Positions 1 through 9,668 of a stretch of 47,809 bases of DNA are shown piece by piece (position 1 is the first letter of the stretch; the number at the start of each line of letters is the position of its first letter). Source of the stretch: Myxococcota bacterium (GTDB lineage Bacteria; Myxococcota; UBA4151); assembly GCA_040260805.1 (NCBI GenBank), contig JBDQPD010000010.1, forward strand, positions 1 to 47,809, given 5' to 3'. The notes beneath the pieces were generated by a model. That model did no database searches and was not told the origin of the DNA. It saw nothing but the letters and a program-made list of their open reading frames with translations. The position numbers and the translations under genes are program-made.

Positions 1-546
1 CCAATCATCGGTGAGGTGAAGTGCTCAAAGCTGCTCTATGACGGGATCGCTGAAGCGGGCGGCCAGCCGATCATGTGGAAAGCAGGACACAGTCTCATCA
101 AAGCGAAAATGAAGGAAACCGGGGCTGCGCTCGCCGGAGAGATGAGCGGTCATATTTTCTTTGCTGATCGGTTCTATGGCTTTGATGATGCGATCTATGC
201 AGCAGGGCGCCTCCTAGAGCTCTTATCCGAAGAGTCGCGTCCTTTGTCTGAGCACCTGTCCGGTCTTCCGCAGCTTCATTCGACCCCTGAGATCCGGCGC
301 GAATGCGCCAGTGAAGACCAGAAGTTTGCTCTAGTCCAAGCAGCCGTCGAACACTTTAGCGCTCATTATCCGGTCAACGATGTGGACGGTGTCCGTGTTG
401 ATTTTGGGGACTCTTGGGGCCTGGTGCGAGCCTCGAATACGCAACCGATATTGGTGCTTCGTTTTGAGGCGCCGACCGCCCCACGCCTCGCCGAAATTCG
501 TCATTTGGTGGAGTCCGAATTGATGCGCCTGGAGTCAGCGCTCTGA
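1..546 (+). CDS. algC: Phosphomannomutase/phosphoglucomutase, C-terminal part (5' truncated)
   Basis: Frame open from base 1 (PIIGEVKCS). Motifs GEMSGH, FYGFDDAIYA, DGVRV and WGLVRASNTQP are typical of PMM/PGM. Confidence 0.92.
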   Translation, partial: PIIGEVKCSKLLYDGIAEAGGQPIMWKAGHSLIKAKMKETGAALAGEMSGHIFFADRFYGFDDAIYAAGRLLELLSEESRPLSEHLSGLPQLHSTPEIRRECASEDQKFALVQAAVEHFSAHYPVNDVDGVRVDFGDSWGLVRASNTQPILVLRFEAPTAPRLAEIRHLVESELMRLESAL

Positions 547-1337
547 GCTGGTTAGGTGTTGATTTAGGCGGCACCTGGCTGCGCGCCCAGGGCTACCCCC
601 CTGAGGCGATTGCGGGGCGAAGCGCTCGCGCGGTTATAGCTCGCTTGGCTGAGCGAGCTGGAGCACAAGGTCATACCGGTTTAGCGATCAGTTTTGCTGG
701 CTGGATCGATGCCGACGGACAAGGAATCAGCGCAGGACCAAACCTAGGCTGGGGGCCGGAAAACCTAGCCAAGCTAGCCCGCGCTCATAACCTGAGCTGT
801 CATCTTGAAAACGATCTCGATGCGCGCGCCTGGGGAGAGTGGCTGTCCCTAGACAGTCTCGAGCAACAACGGGGCGACTTGATGGTGATCAACGCCGGCA
901 GCGGCTTCGCTCTAGGTCTTGTAGTCGGCGGACAACTGGTTCGGGGTGTCCATCGGCGAGCAGGAGAAATTGGGCACCTTCGAGGCGGTTCGCTGATGCG
1001 CTGTGGATGCGGAACTCAAGGCTGTATCGAAACTCAGCTTGGGGGCGCTCATCTCCCCCTCGACTCGTGGGAACAGCCTGGATTTGAAGCGCAATGGATT
1101 GAGCAAGCAACCCAGGTTTTAGCGCCGGTCATCGCCGCGCTCGACCCGGCTCATATTATTGCGACCGGTGGTATACTGGATCATCGAAAGGCTTTGATTG
1201 GTCGGCTCAATCAATCGCTGATCAAGGTCTTACCCAAGGCGTGGTGGGGCGGTCTTGAGTTGGTCTCCTCCCAAGGGGGTGAAGAACTCGCCAGGCGCGG
1301 CGTCGTCGAGCTAGCGCAGAGCGCACAAAGAGGGTAG
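543..1337 (+). CDS. ROK family sugar kinase (glucokinase-like)
   Basis: In-frame LGVDLGGTWL (from 552) lies upstream of the ORF-track start. Also ENDLDARAWGE, GSGFALG, AGEIGH and the CGCGTQGCIE zinc motif. Start inferred at CTG 543. Confidence 0.85.
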   Translation: MSWLGVDLGGTWLRAQGYPPEAIAGRSARAVIARLAERAGAQGHTGLAISFAGWIDADGQGISAGPNLGWGPENLAKLARAHNLSCHLENDLDARAWGEWLSLDSLEQQRGDLMVINAGSGFALGLVVGGQLVRGVHRRAGEIGHLRGGSLMRCGCGTQGCIETQLGGAHLPLDSWEQPGFEAQWIEQATQVLAPVIAALDPAHIIATGGILDHRKALIGRLNQSLIKVLPKAWWGGLELVSSQGGEELARRGVVELAQSAQRG

Positions 1338-1347
1338 GCGCCGAGCC

Positions 1348-2355
1348 ATGGTATGGACACGTCGACGGTGCCCTGAATGTGGGCAGATGCTGGTTGAGGA
1401 CGAGGCGATCATCGCCTCTTGTCCGGCTTGTGGGGTTGATGTCGGCCCTGAATCAGTGCTGCCTGAAGCGCTAGCGCAAGAACCCGCCTCTGACGTCGAC
1501 GCGCTCGAACACGAGGCAGAGGCAGAGGTAGAGGCGAACGAAGAACCAGAAGCCGAGCTTCCGGACAACTGGAACCTCGGCGAACCCATGCATAAGGTCG
1601 CTTGGTTTTGCCTTGTCGCTCCTGATCGAGTGCCCCTAGCGACCATGTTTCGAAGCTTGCGCTGGGTCTTTTCGATGGCATGGATAGGTCAGGTCATTCT
1701 CCAGGGAAGCTTTTTGCTGGTTGGAGCTGCGATGCTTCAAGCCGGCGCTCAAGAGCTCGAGCTCCTCAAACAAGTCGCCGCCGCCGTGGAACACAATCAA
1801 CAAGGCGGTCCCGAGGCTCAGCGACAAAAAACGGCTCAAGCGCAGCTGTGCACATTGACCATGATCAGTCCAGAACAGCGGCTATTATGCGCCCTCCAAC
1901 CGGCGCTTGATTCGATGAGCGATATCGGAGCGAAAGCTTCTGCTCGGATTACGGCGATCGAGCGCATGCGAGGCCCCGAACATCCCGAAGCCTGGCTTCG
2001 CACGCTCGGTGACGCCCTCGTCGGGATCTTCTTCGCGCTGTTACCGCTTTGGGGTCTGCTGGGTATGGCGCGCCACCCTCAAGCTTGGAGCGTCGCTCTT
2101 AAGGTCGTCGCTTTTGGACAAACTCCACTGGTTGTCTGCTCACTGATCGGTGCGCTGATGATGCAGTTTGCTGGCTCAATTGGGTTGTCGGTGGGTGTGA
2201 TGATGTTGGTCAGCGGCGTGTTGTGGAGTCTATCACTTTGGGTCGGTTTCCTCATTCGAATTGGCTCATTGATCCCGCGTCAAGCTGTGGTCATGGTGTT
2301 GATGATCCTGCTCTTTAATATCACCTTACTGACGACGCTAGCCGGAGCCGCATAA
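1348..2355 (+). CDS. Hypothetical membrane protein with N-terminal zinc ribbon and several C-terminal TM helices
   Basis: CPECG...CPACG, acidic linker, about five hydrophobic segments. Confidence 0.65.
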   Translation: MVWTRRRCPECGQMLVEDEAIIASCPACGVDVGPESVLPEALAQEPASDVDALEHEAEAEVEANEEPEAELPDNWNLGEPMHKVAWFCLVAPDRVPLATMFRSLRWVFSMAWIGQVILQGSFLLVGAAMLQAGAQELELLKQVAAAVEHNQQGGPEAQRQKTAQAQLCTLTMISPEQRLLCALQPALDSMSDIGAKASARITAIERMRGPEHPEAWLRTLGDALVGIFFALLPLWGLLGMARHPQAWSVALKVVAFGQTPLVVCSLIGALMMQFAGSIGLSVGVMMLVSGVLWSLSLWVGFLIRIGSLIPRQAVVMVLMILLFNITLLTTLAGAA

Positions 2356-2420
2356 GCGTCAAACCAAGTCTTTTGTTGCCATTCCAGCGCAGCTCAATTC
2401 GCATCCCAAGGAGTCTCCTT

Positions 2421-3752
2421 ATGTATTTGTCTGCAGACGCTGCTCAGCAGCACCGGATCCGTTTGATCAATGAACTCAGAGCCGGTGATTTGATGGTTGT
2501 CCCGGCTGCGGTGATGACGCAACGCAACAACGATGTTCAGCATCGGTTTCGTCAAGATAGCGACTTTTATTATCTGACCGCGTTCGGTGAGCCCGGCGCG
2601 CTTGCTGTGATCTCAAAAGATGACCAAGGCGCTCAGTTTACTTTGTTCGTCTTACCCAAAGACCCCGAGCGCGAGGTTTGGGATGGCTTTCGCTGCGGCG
2701 TCGAGGGAGCTTGCGAGCGGTTTGGCGCAGACCAGGCTTTTAGCGTCCAAGAGATTGACGAAAAAATGCCTGAACTGCTCGATGGCGCTGACCGAGTGAT
2801 TTATCCCATGAATCAGAACGGTTTTGAGACGCGCATGGCCGGCTGGCGAAAAACGATTCAAGCGAAAGTCCGTCTCGGTGCGCGCTGCCCTTCGGTCTTT
2901 GTCGATCTAGGCTCTATCGTTCATGAACTCCGACTGATCAAAAGCGATCACGAGCTCGAGCTGATGGAGCGTGCTGGGCAGATCTCAGTCGCCGCGCATT
3001 GTGCTGCGATGACAGCCGGTAAGCCGGGTAGCTCAGAGCATGAACTCGAAGGGTTGATCGAAGGTGAATTCAGGCGCGCTGGAGCGACTCGCTTTGCCTA
3101 TCCAAGCATCGTCGCTGCTGGCGCAAACGGGTGCGTTCTTCACTATCATGAAAACGACACCACCATCGCCGATCACGATACTTTATTAATCGATGCTGGC
3201 TGCGAATATGCCGGCTACGCTTCAGATATTACCGTCACCTGGCCCGCCTCCGGTCGCTTTACCGATCCTCAGCGCCGTGTCTACGAGGCTGTGCTTCGGG
3301 TGCACCAAAATGTCGTGAATGCGGTGCGACCCGGCGCCACCTTTAAACAGCTCAACGAGATGGCTTGTCGCGGCTTGCTTGAGGAGATGAAAGGCTTAGG
3401 CCTAGTCGATGCCGATAAAAGCATCGATGAGCTCATGGAAGCGCATGCTTACAAGCCCTATTATATGCATTCGATCGGTCATTGGATTGGGATGGATGTG
3501 CATGATGTAGGCTCATACGGAAAAGATCGCTCGCGTGCGTTTGAGCCGGGCATGGTGCTGACCATCGAGCCCGGAATTTACATCAGCCCCGACGCTGAAG
3601 ATGCGCCGGCTGAGTTGCGCGGACTAGCTGTTCGAATCGAAGATGACATTGCCGTCACTCAAGGTGCGCCTAGAAACCTGACCCATGGTCTACCTCGAAC
3701 GGTCGATGAAATTCATCGCTTCATGGACGAGACCCGAGCCGCCAAAAGCTAA
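2421..3752 (+). CDS. pepP: Xaa-Pro aminopeptidase (M24B)
   Basis: FRQDSDFYYLT, LHYHEN, IDAGCEYAGYASDIT, HSIGHWIGMDVHD, TIEPGIY, RIEDD. AAGGAG precedes ATG 2421. Confidence 0.93.
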   Translation: MYLSADAAQQHRIRLINELRAGDLMVVPAAVMTQRNNDVQHRFRQDSDFYYLTAFGEPGALAVISKDDQGAQFTLFVLPKDPEREVWDGFRCGVEGACERFGADQAFSVQEIDEKMPELLDGADRVIYPMNQNGFETRMAGWRKTIQAKVRLGARCPSVFVDLGSIVHELRLIKSDHELELMERAGQISVAAHCAAMTAGKPGSSEHELEGLIEGEFRRAGATRFAYPSIVAAGANGCVLHYHENDTTIADHDTLLIDAGCEYAGYASDITVTWPASGRFTDPQRRVYEAVLRVHQNVVNAVRPGATFKQLNEMACRGLLEEMKGLGLVDADKSIDELMEAHAYKPYYMHSIGHWIGMDVHDVGSYGKDRSRAFEPGMVLTIEPGIYISPDAEDAPAELRGLAVRIEDDIAVTQGAPRNLTHGLPRTVDEIHRFMDETRAAKS

Positions 3753-3777
3753 ACCCCGAGCCAATTAGGAAGCGCTT

Positions 3778-4938
3778 ATGCTGTTAAGTAGTGTGCTTGT
3801 AATCGCCTCATCTGCCCCGCTGGTTTTGGACGGAGGAGTGCGTGTACGCAGTCACATCGTCCAGCATCACAACACGACCGATCACAACCCTCAGCTTCAA
3901 AGCCGACTAGGTATTTTATGGGGTAAAAACAAAACCTTTGGGGGTAAGCTTGTCTTGCAAGATGCTCGGCGCCTGTCAGAGATGACGAGCAGTCAGGCGG
4001 GTGACCTGATGCTGCACCAAGGCTACGCTAGCGCTCAACTGCGTCAAGGGGTCAGGCTTGATGTTGGGCGTCGTTCGCTCAGTTTAGGGTCCCAACGACT
4101 TGTGAGTCATGCAGCCTGGAGTGACAGTGGGCGCGCTTTTGATGGTGTCTTTTTGACCCTCAAAGACCCGCGCTACCCGGTCGCTGTGACCGCATGGGCA
4201 ACCCAGCCTGGAACTCCGGGGAGCATGGGTAAGCGCTTTGCCGGTGTTTACCTGGAGCGATCCGCGCTTCCGTCGCTCCATTTGGAGGCATGGTGGATGC
4301 GCAAGCAAACGCTTAGCGCGCAACATGATCGCCATACGGTCGGTGCAGCCGCCAGGCTCAAGCGCCACAACCTAAGCGCTGAGTTTGAAGGCAGTTACCA
4401 GTTCGGAGACCAGGCGGAGCGATCGATCGCTGCCTGGGGAGGAGCTCTTCAGGCGCAATGGCGAGCAACCCAAAACCGACTCAAACCGGCACTAGGAGCA
4501 GAGCTTAACCTCGTCAGCGGTGATATGAGTGACGATGACCAGGTCGATGAAACCTTTGATTCGCTCTATGCTGCAGAACATCGCTATTGGGGTCATTTGG
4601 ATCTGATGGGTGGACGCAATGCCATGGACATTCATGTCTGGGCTGGCGCCCGTCTCGCCAAAACCGATATCTCGATCCACGGGCATCTGCTCTCGCTTCA
4701 CTCCGCCGCCGATGACTTTTATCTGCGCAACGGATCAGGGCGAGGTCTTGATTTAGGTCAAGATAGCGCCAGAGATGTGGGCGCCGAAATTGATCTCGTA
4801 GCCCACAAAAAATATGGTTTATTTAGCGTCAAAACGGGCTTGAGCGTCTTTCTTCCAGGCACCGTCGCTAAGGCTTCAGATCTCGGCGCCGATCCGATCA
4901 TCGGTGGCTATATCCAATTGGAGTCACGCTTCAAATAA
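3778..4938 (+). CDS. Alginate-export-family outer-membrane beta-barrel protein
   Basis: Signal-like N-terminus; LHQGY, GRRSLSLGSQRLVS..W...GRAFDG, EGSYQFG, TFDSLY..H.YWG.LD, GAEIDL. Confidence 0.7.
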   Translation: MLLSSVLVIASSAPLVLDGGVRVRSHIVQHHNTTDHNPQLQSRLGILWGKNKTFGGKLVLQDARRLSEMTSSQAGDLMLHQGYASAQLRQGVRLDVGRRSLSLGSQRLVSHAAWSDSGRAFDGVFLTLKDPRYPVAVTAWATQPGTPGSMGKRFAGVYLERSALPSLHLEAWWMRKQTLSAQHDRHTVGAAARLKRHNLSAEFEGSYQFGDQAERSIAAWGGALQAQWRATQNRLKPALGAELNLVSGDMSDDDQVDETFDSLYAAEHRYWGHLDLMGGRNAMDIHVWAGARLAKTDISIHGHLLSLHSAADDFYLRNGSGRGLDLGQDSARDVGAEIDLVAHKKYGLFSVKTGLSVFLPGTVAKASDLGADPIIGGYIQLESRFK

Positions 4939-4943
4939 GCCGG

Positions 4944-7900
4944 CTAGGGACCCAGTTTGACTGCAGGGAAAGTCGCTGTTTGACCTGCCGCTAGATCTTC
5001 TCGGCCGCCGCTCGTCGCCTCGACGACCTCACGCAGTCTCCGGGTCAACACCGTAAACAAGCCATTGAGCACCTCGACCCGATCGGCCACGAGATCCAAG
5101 AAGTCTTGTCGGTCGATCACTAAAAGATCAACGCCATCACCCCGGCGCGCAGCGGTCGCGGAGGCAGGTCGAGCTTTACGATCCAAAAATCCGACCTGAC
5201 CAAAACTCTCAAATGCTCCCAGTCGCAGCAAAAAGTTGCCGTCACGATGAAAACTCACGTCACCTGATACAATCACATAAAGAGCAGTAGACGGGTCGTG
5301 CTCACGATAAATCGCTTGCCCGGGCTCATAGCGCTCCGTGCGTGCGAGGTCTGCAATCGCTGCGAGTTCGTCGATATTGAGCTCGCTGAACAGCTCCACT
5401 CGCTGCAAAAGGAAGATCCTATCGATCAATTCATCAGACATACGATCCTCCGGTAGAATGCTGGCGTCCAGAGCCGGTCGAGGCAAGCCCGAACGCGCTA
5501 AACAACGACCAGCCACAGCTGCAAGCGTCCGGTCGCCACCTTCAGCGATCTCACGCGCCACATCATGCGAGACACTAGGCTCAATGGTCGCCTCGGCTCG
5601 CTCGAGCTCTTCGAGCAGCATCCGCTTGAGCGGATGGTGACCCAAGCTGACATCGAGCAGCTCGAGCGCGTCACCTCGCGACGCGCGGTTTCCGTGCACC
5701 AAGACGCGGGTGACCGCCGAGATCAAACTTCGATCACCATGCAAAGCAAAAAGCTTGAGGCAGATATCGAGCACTTGAGCGTGACGGCTTTGCACGGCTC
5801 GATACAACAGGTCAAAGCGGTGCGGATCGACAGCCAAAGCAGCCCATTGCTGACGCAACATAAACAGACGCTTGATCTGACGCTCGATCGCAGCATGGGT
5901 CCACGAGACATCGAGCTGGGAGGCGAGCCAAGGCCTCGCATAGACCAGCCGCGACAAGGCGATGGCGACGCGAAACTGTAAGAAAGGGTCGTCCTCGGGG
6001 TTTGAGCGCAACAAAACATCAGCGGCGCGCGCAGTGCCAACAATGCGCAAGAGACGAGGGACTTCCTGGCGCAACCGAAGGCTGATCCCCGATTCATTCA
6101 GCCAATGCTCAGCGTCTTCAATGACCTCATCACCGTAAGCGGCTAATGCAGCCCGAGCGGTTTCTCGAACCGCTCGATTCCGCAAGGCGTCAGCCAGTTT
6201 TGGGATCGCTTTCTTCAAACGGATTTTCCCACAGCTTTGTGCCGCGAGCCGGACCACGCTGTTCTCATCGTCATCAAGCATCTCAAGCAAGAAATCGGAC
6301 CAGTCACCCACCGGCAGATTACCGAGTAAGCGAGCGAACTCACGTCGGTAAGCGGGCTTTCCGCTGCGGATGTAATCGAAGGAGGCGCAGACGAGATGAA
6401 TCCCGCGCGCTCGGCGATCAACGCAGGCAAATAAAGCCTCAATACCGGCGCTTCGAAGCGCCGGGTCTGTCCGCTCATCAACGATCAAAGGCTCCAGCAA
6501 GTCGGCGCTTCGCAAGGCGTCGATTCGCAACAAACTCCGCGCCGCCGCTGCTCGAGTTCGTCGGTCATCGTGAGTGAGCACAAGCCGCTCTAATACCGAC
6601 CATAGTTGATGGCGGCGATGGTGCGACGACCACTCAATAGCGCGCAGCCGAATCCGTTCATCGGTGTGCCCAAGAAGATCGGATAAATGCGGAGTAAGGT
6701 CGTATTCTGAGTCCGCTAAAAGCTTGAGCGCTCCGAGCGAGCGGTTCGAGTCTTTGTGCTCAAGCATCTTCACTAAAATACCCAAGGTGGACGCATCTTC
6801 AAGGCCGATCGGCTGCTGAACGCTGTCGCGACGCGCCCGGCCGGTGATCTTCCGATTCAGGCTCTCAGCGTAGTCATTGCGCAGCAAGCGAATGACCAGC
6901 GCGATCAGCGCCACGATAATCAGCACGGTCGCTGGGTGGATCGCTGCAGGCGCAAACCAACCCAGAGCCAACAACAAAAGACCGCATAATGCGCTGCCGA
7001 TTTTCTTAACGGTTCCATCAAGCAGAGCGCGCAAAGAGCCGCGCAAAGGCGCAGGGATCGGGTTGTACAACAAAGCGACGGCGGCAGAGGTCACCGAAAA
7101 CGACCCTACAGACTGAACGACCTTGAGCGAATAAAGCGGCATCAGTGAATCGGAGAAGCCGATCGCCGCACCAGCACTGATCGCGACCGCAACCGGAATC
7201 AGCATCAAGAAGGGGAAAAGCCCCATCCGCCCGAGAAGATAGCGTGATAAAACCAACTGAAAGACCAGCGCTATCAAGCCAGCATCAGCGTTGTAGGCAC
7301 CAAACAAAGCGTTCATCTCTTCAACGTCGCGCACGTCCGCAACGGCCGAGCGAAAGAGGTAATCAACCAAGGCTGAAAGCAGAGACAATGCGACGACTAA
7401 GGTGCCGAGTAACTTAGGGTAGCGCTCAGCGCGGGTGTACAACATACCGGCGTTGATTCTGGCTTGGCCTCCGGTGGTTCGAGGCACCATCGTCCCACCA
7501 GCGCCGCGGCCGATGATTCGAAACACCGGCTGAGATGCCCACAAAAGAAGCCCCGCGATCACCACCTGGACCGCCGGGTGAATTCCGCCTGATAACTGCG
7601 ACACCGCGGCGCCGCCGATCACACTGCCCGCCATCCCCGCGGCGCCGATGATCCCAAGCATTCGCTTGCTCGTGCGCAGGTCAAAGACCTCAGAGAGTGT
7701 TCCCCAAAACAGAATCGATAAAATCGTCGTGTAGGTCTCAGCGACGACATAAAGCAGCGGCTCAACGCCTGGCAGATCCAAAAGAGCGAGGCCGCCAAGG
7801 GCCACCAGCACCACCGAGGTCACGCGGAGCAACTTTCGACCCACTGAGTACGCCGAGTATCGAGCTAAAGGCTGAGCTAAAAGATACGATCCAAAGGCTA

Positions 7901-8075
7901 CTGCTCCAGCGCTCAAAACGTAGAGGGCGGGTAAGACCCGAGGGTCATTTTCACTGAGAAATAAGGCGTTTGAGGCTGCTTTGGTCGCGACAACGCCACC
8001 AATAAAAAGAGCGAAGAAGGCCATCGCCGCCAAAGCGGACCATTCTTGATTCTTCGGCACGCCAAGCCGGCGCAT
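4944..8075 (-). CDS. MFS (Npt1/Npt2 ATP/ADP-translocase-like) transporter fused to HEAT repeats and a C-terminal cyclic-nucleotide-binding domain
   Basis: About 12 TM helices, with ASNALFLS and FWG.LSEVFD.R.SKR. Helical HEAT-like repeats. C-terminal LYVIVSGDV..GAFESFGQVGFLDRKARPASATA. Start at ATG 8075 or TTG 8096. Confidence 0.8.
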   Translation of the reverse strand: MRRLGVPKNQEWSALAAMAFFALFIGGVVATKAASNALFLSENDPRVLPALYVLSAGAVAFGSYLLAQPLARYSAYSVGRKLLRVTSVVLVALGGLALLDLPGVEPLLYVVAETYTTILSILFWGTLSEVFDLRTSKRMLGIIGAAGMAGSVIGGAAVSQLSGGIHPAVQVVIAGLLLWASQPVFRIIGRGAGGTMVPRTTGGQARINAGMLYTRAERYPKLLGTLVVALSLLSALVDYLFRSAVADVRDVEEMNALFGAYNADAGLIALVFQLVLSRYLLGRMGLFPFLMLIPVAVAISAGAAIGFSDSLMPLYSLKVVQSVGSFSVTSAAVALLYNPIPAPLRGSLRALLDGTVKKIGSALCGLLLLALGWFAPAAIHPATVLIIVALIALVIRLLRNDYAESLNRKITGRARRDSVQQPIGLEDASTLGILVKMLEHKDSNRSLGALKLLADSEYDLTPHLSDLLGHTDERIRLRAIEWSSHHRRHQLWSVLERLVLTHDDRRTRAAAARSLLRIDALRSADLLEPLIVDERTDPALRSAGIEALFACVDRRARGIHLVCASFDYIRSGKPAYRREFARLLGNLPVGDWSDFLLEMLDDDENSVVRLAAQSCGKIRLKKAIPKLADALRNRAVRETARAALAAYGDEVIEDAEHWLNESGISLRLRQEVPRLLRIVGTARAADVLLRSNPEDDPFLQFRVAIALSRLVYARPWLASQLDVSWTHAAIERQIKRLFMLRQQWAALAVDPHRFDLLYRAVQSRHAQVLDICLKLFALHGDRSLISAVTRVLVHGNRASRGDALELLDVSLGHHPLKRMLLEELERAEATIEPSVSHDVAREIAEGGDRTLAAVAGRCLARSGLPRPALDASILPEDRMSDELIDRIFLLQRVELFSELNIDELAAIADLARTERYEPGQAIYREHDPSTALYVIVSGDVSFHRDGNFLLRLGAFESFGQVGFLDRKARPASATAARRGDGVDLLVIDRQDFLDLVADRVEVLNGLFTVLTRRLREVVEATSGGREDLAAGQTATFPAVKLGP

Positions 8076-8181
8076 AAACACGCGAACGCCGCGCAATTCT
8101 TAGGCTTCCCCAACAAGTTCTTGGTTCGATCGACGTTCGGTGTTTGGCTGGCAGCCTAGCCTTTGGCAAGCTGTCCTCACC

Positions 8182-9297
8182 ATGAGACCCTACTTGTTCC
8201 CCATGCTCTGTCTTTATCTGGCCTGTTCGGGTCAGGATGATATCTATCATGATGAGCTCCCCAAAGCGTTAGCGGTCGAGCGTATTGAGCGCATCGAAAC
8301 GGTTCAGCGGCTGACCTCATCGTCTGGCATTGCCGAGCTAGTTTTTGATCTTCCAGCGCAAACGCAGAGCTTTGCTTTGTTTGTCGAAGGCGACCCTCAA
8401 GCTGAGTATTTGATCACCCAACTCGAGAGCCCAGATGGCGTTTTGGTGCGCGCAGAGGCCACAGACGAAGAGATCTCGTCAGGACTTGGCGCTGCGGCCG
8501 GGCCTTTTTTCTCCGCGAATCGAAGCGTAGGTGATCACGCAGGCACCAGCCTCTTGGTCCCAAACGATCCGATGATTAAAGTCACGGCTGGATCCTGGCG
8601 AGCGACCATTCAAAGCACCCGGTCGCAGGACCACACCATCACCGTCTCTCGAATGGAGCAAAGAGCGCAAGGTCGACCCTTGGCGGTCAGAATACCGCTG
8701 AGTATTCACCTGACCGGGGCAGAGGGCATGCGCTCAGAAGCGGCGAGTGAGCACGCTCGACTCCGGCGCGCACAGAATCAACTTGAGTCTGTTTTCTCGC
8801 CCATCGGTATCACCTTCTCGCCGATCACTTATGTCGACATTAGCGATGACTATCAGGTGATTGAGGATATTGAACTCAACGATGCCCAAGGGCTTGATCT
8901 GTTGGCACAAGGAAGCGCTGAGCAGGGTCTAAATGTCTTTATCATCGAGCGTTTTGATTCAGGGGATGAGATCTTAGGTACGGTAGGAGGCGTAAGCGCT
9001 GCGATCCCAGGTGACCCGCGCGCGAAACAACGCTTTGCTGGGGTCGTCGTCGCCACCAGTTTTTCCGAAGATGAGCCGAGTCGCGACTTATTAGGGCTGA
9101 CGATGGCGCATGAAATAGGTCACTTCCTCGGGCTGTTCCACACCACTGAAGCCGCCGGGTTTTTAGACAATATTAGCGATACTCAGGAAGAGCCACAGAG
9201 GAATTTGATGCATCATTTGAGCCAGCAAGGCTTTGATCAGTTGACCGAGCACCAAGGCATGGTGGTGCGGGGTCACCCTGCTGGAGCAGCGCCATGA
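8182..9297 (+). CDS. Lipoprotein zinc metalloprotease (metzincin, M43-like)
   Basis: Lipobox LYLAC; HEIGHFLGLFH; ISDT...NLM Met-turn. Confidence 0.8.
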   Translation: MRPYLFPMLCLYLACSGQDDIYHDELPKALAVERIERIETVQRLTSSSGIAELVFDLPAQTQSFALFVEGDPQAEYLITQLESPDGVLVRAEATDEEISSGLGAAAGPFFSANRSVGDHAGTSLLVPNDPMIKVTAGSWRATIQSTRSQDHTITVSRMEQRAQGRPLAVRIPLSIHLTGAEGMRSEAASEHARLRRAQNQLESVFSPIGITFSPITYVDISDDYQVIEDIELNDAQGLDLLAQGSAEQGLNVFIIERFDSGDEILGTVGGVSAAIPGDPRAKQRFAGVVVATSFSEDEPSRDLLGLTMAHEIGHFLGLFHTTEAAGFLDNISDTQEEPQRNLMHHLSQQGFDQLTEHQGMVVRGHPAGAAP

Positions 9298-9668
9298 CAC
9301 TGCTTTTGAGTTTGGCTTTATTGGTCGATGGTCACCACGCCTTACCGGCTAGTTTTCCGGCGAGCGCGTGCGCCGTCTCTGAGCGACCGCTGCGCGCGAT
9401 CTTGAGTACGGGTCATCGCCGCCAGCGGTTGCGGGCGATGGCTGTTTTGCGGCGATGCCGCTTCACGCTACCGATCGCCCAGCTGCGGCTTGATTCAGAC
9501 CCTGAGATCCGACTGAGTGCTTGGCGCGTTGCCTTAGCTGATAAAGCGCCAAACGATCCGCTGTGGAATCTTGCGCTTGAAAGCTTGCCGCATCGACAAG
9601 GGCGCAGCATTCTGAGCTGGCGGCTTGATTCGAAGCGTCTTCAAAGCGTCCTTGGGGAGCGACCATGA
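9294..9668 (+). CDS. Small hypothetical exported protein with a HEAT-like segment
   Basis: ATGA overlaps with both neighbours; hydrophobic N-terminus; LDSDPEIRLSAW. Confidence 0.6.
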   Translation: MTLLLSLALLVDGHHALPASFPASACAVSERPLRAILSTGHRRQRLRAMAVLRRCRFTLPIAQLRLDSDPEIRLSAWRVALADKAPNDPLWNLALESLPHRQGRSILSWRLDSKRLQSVLGERP

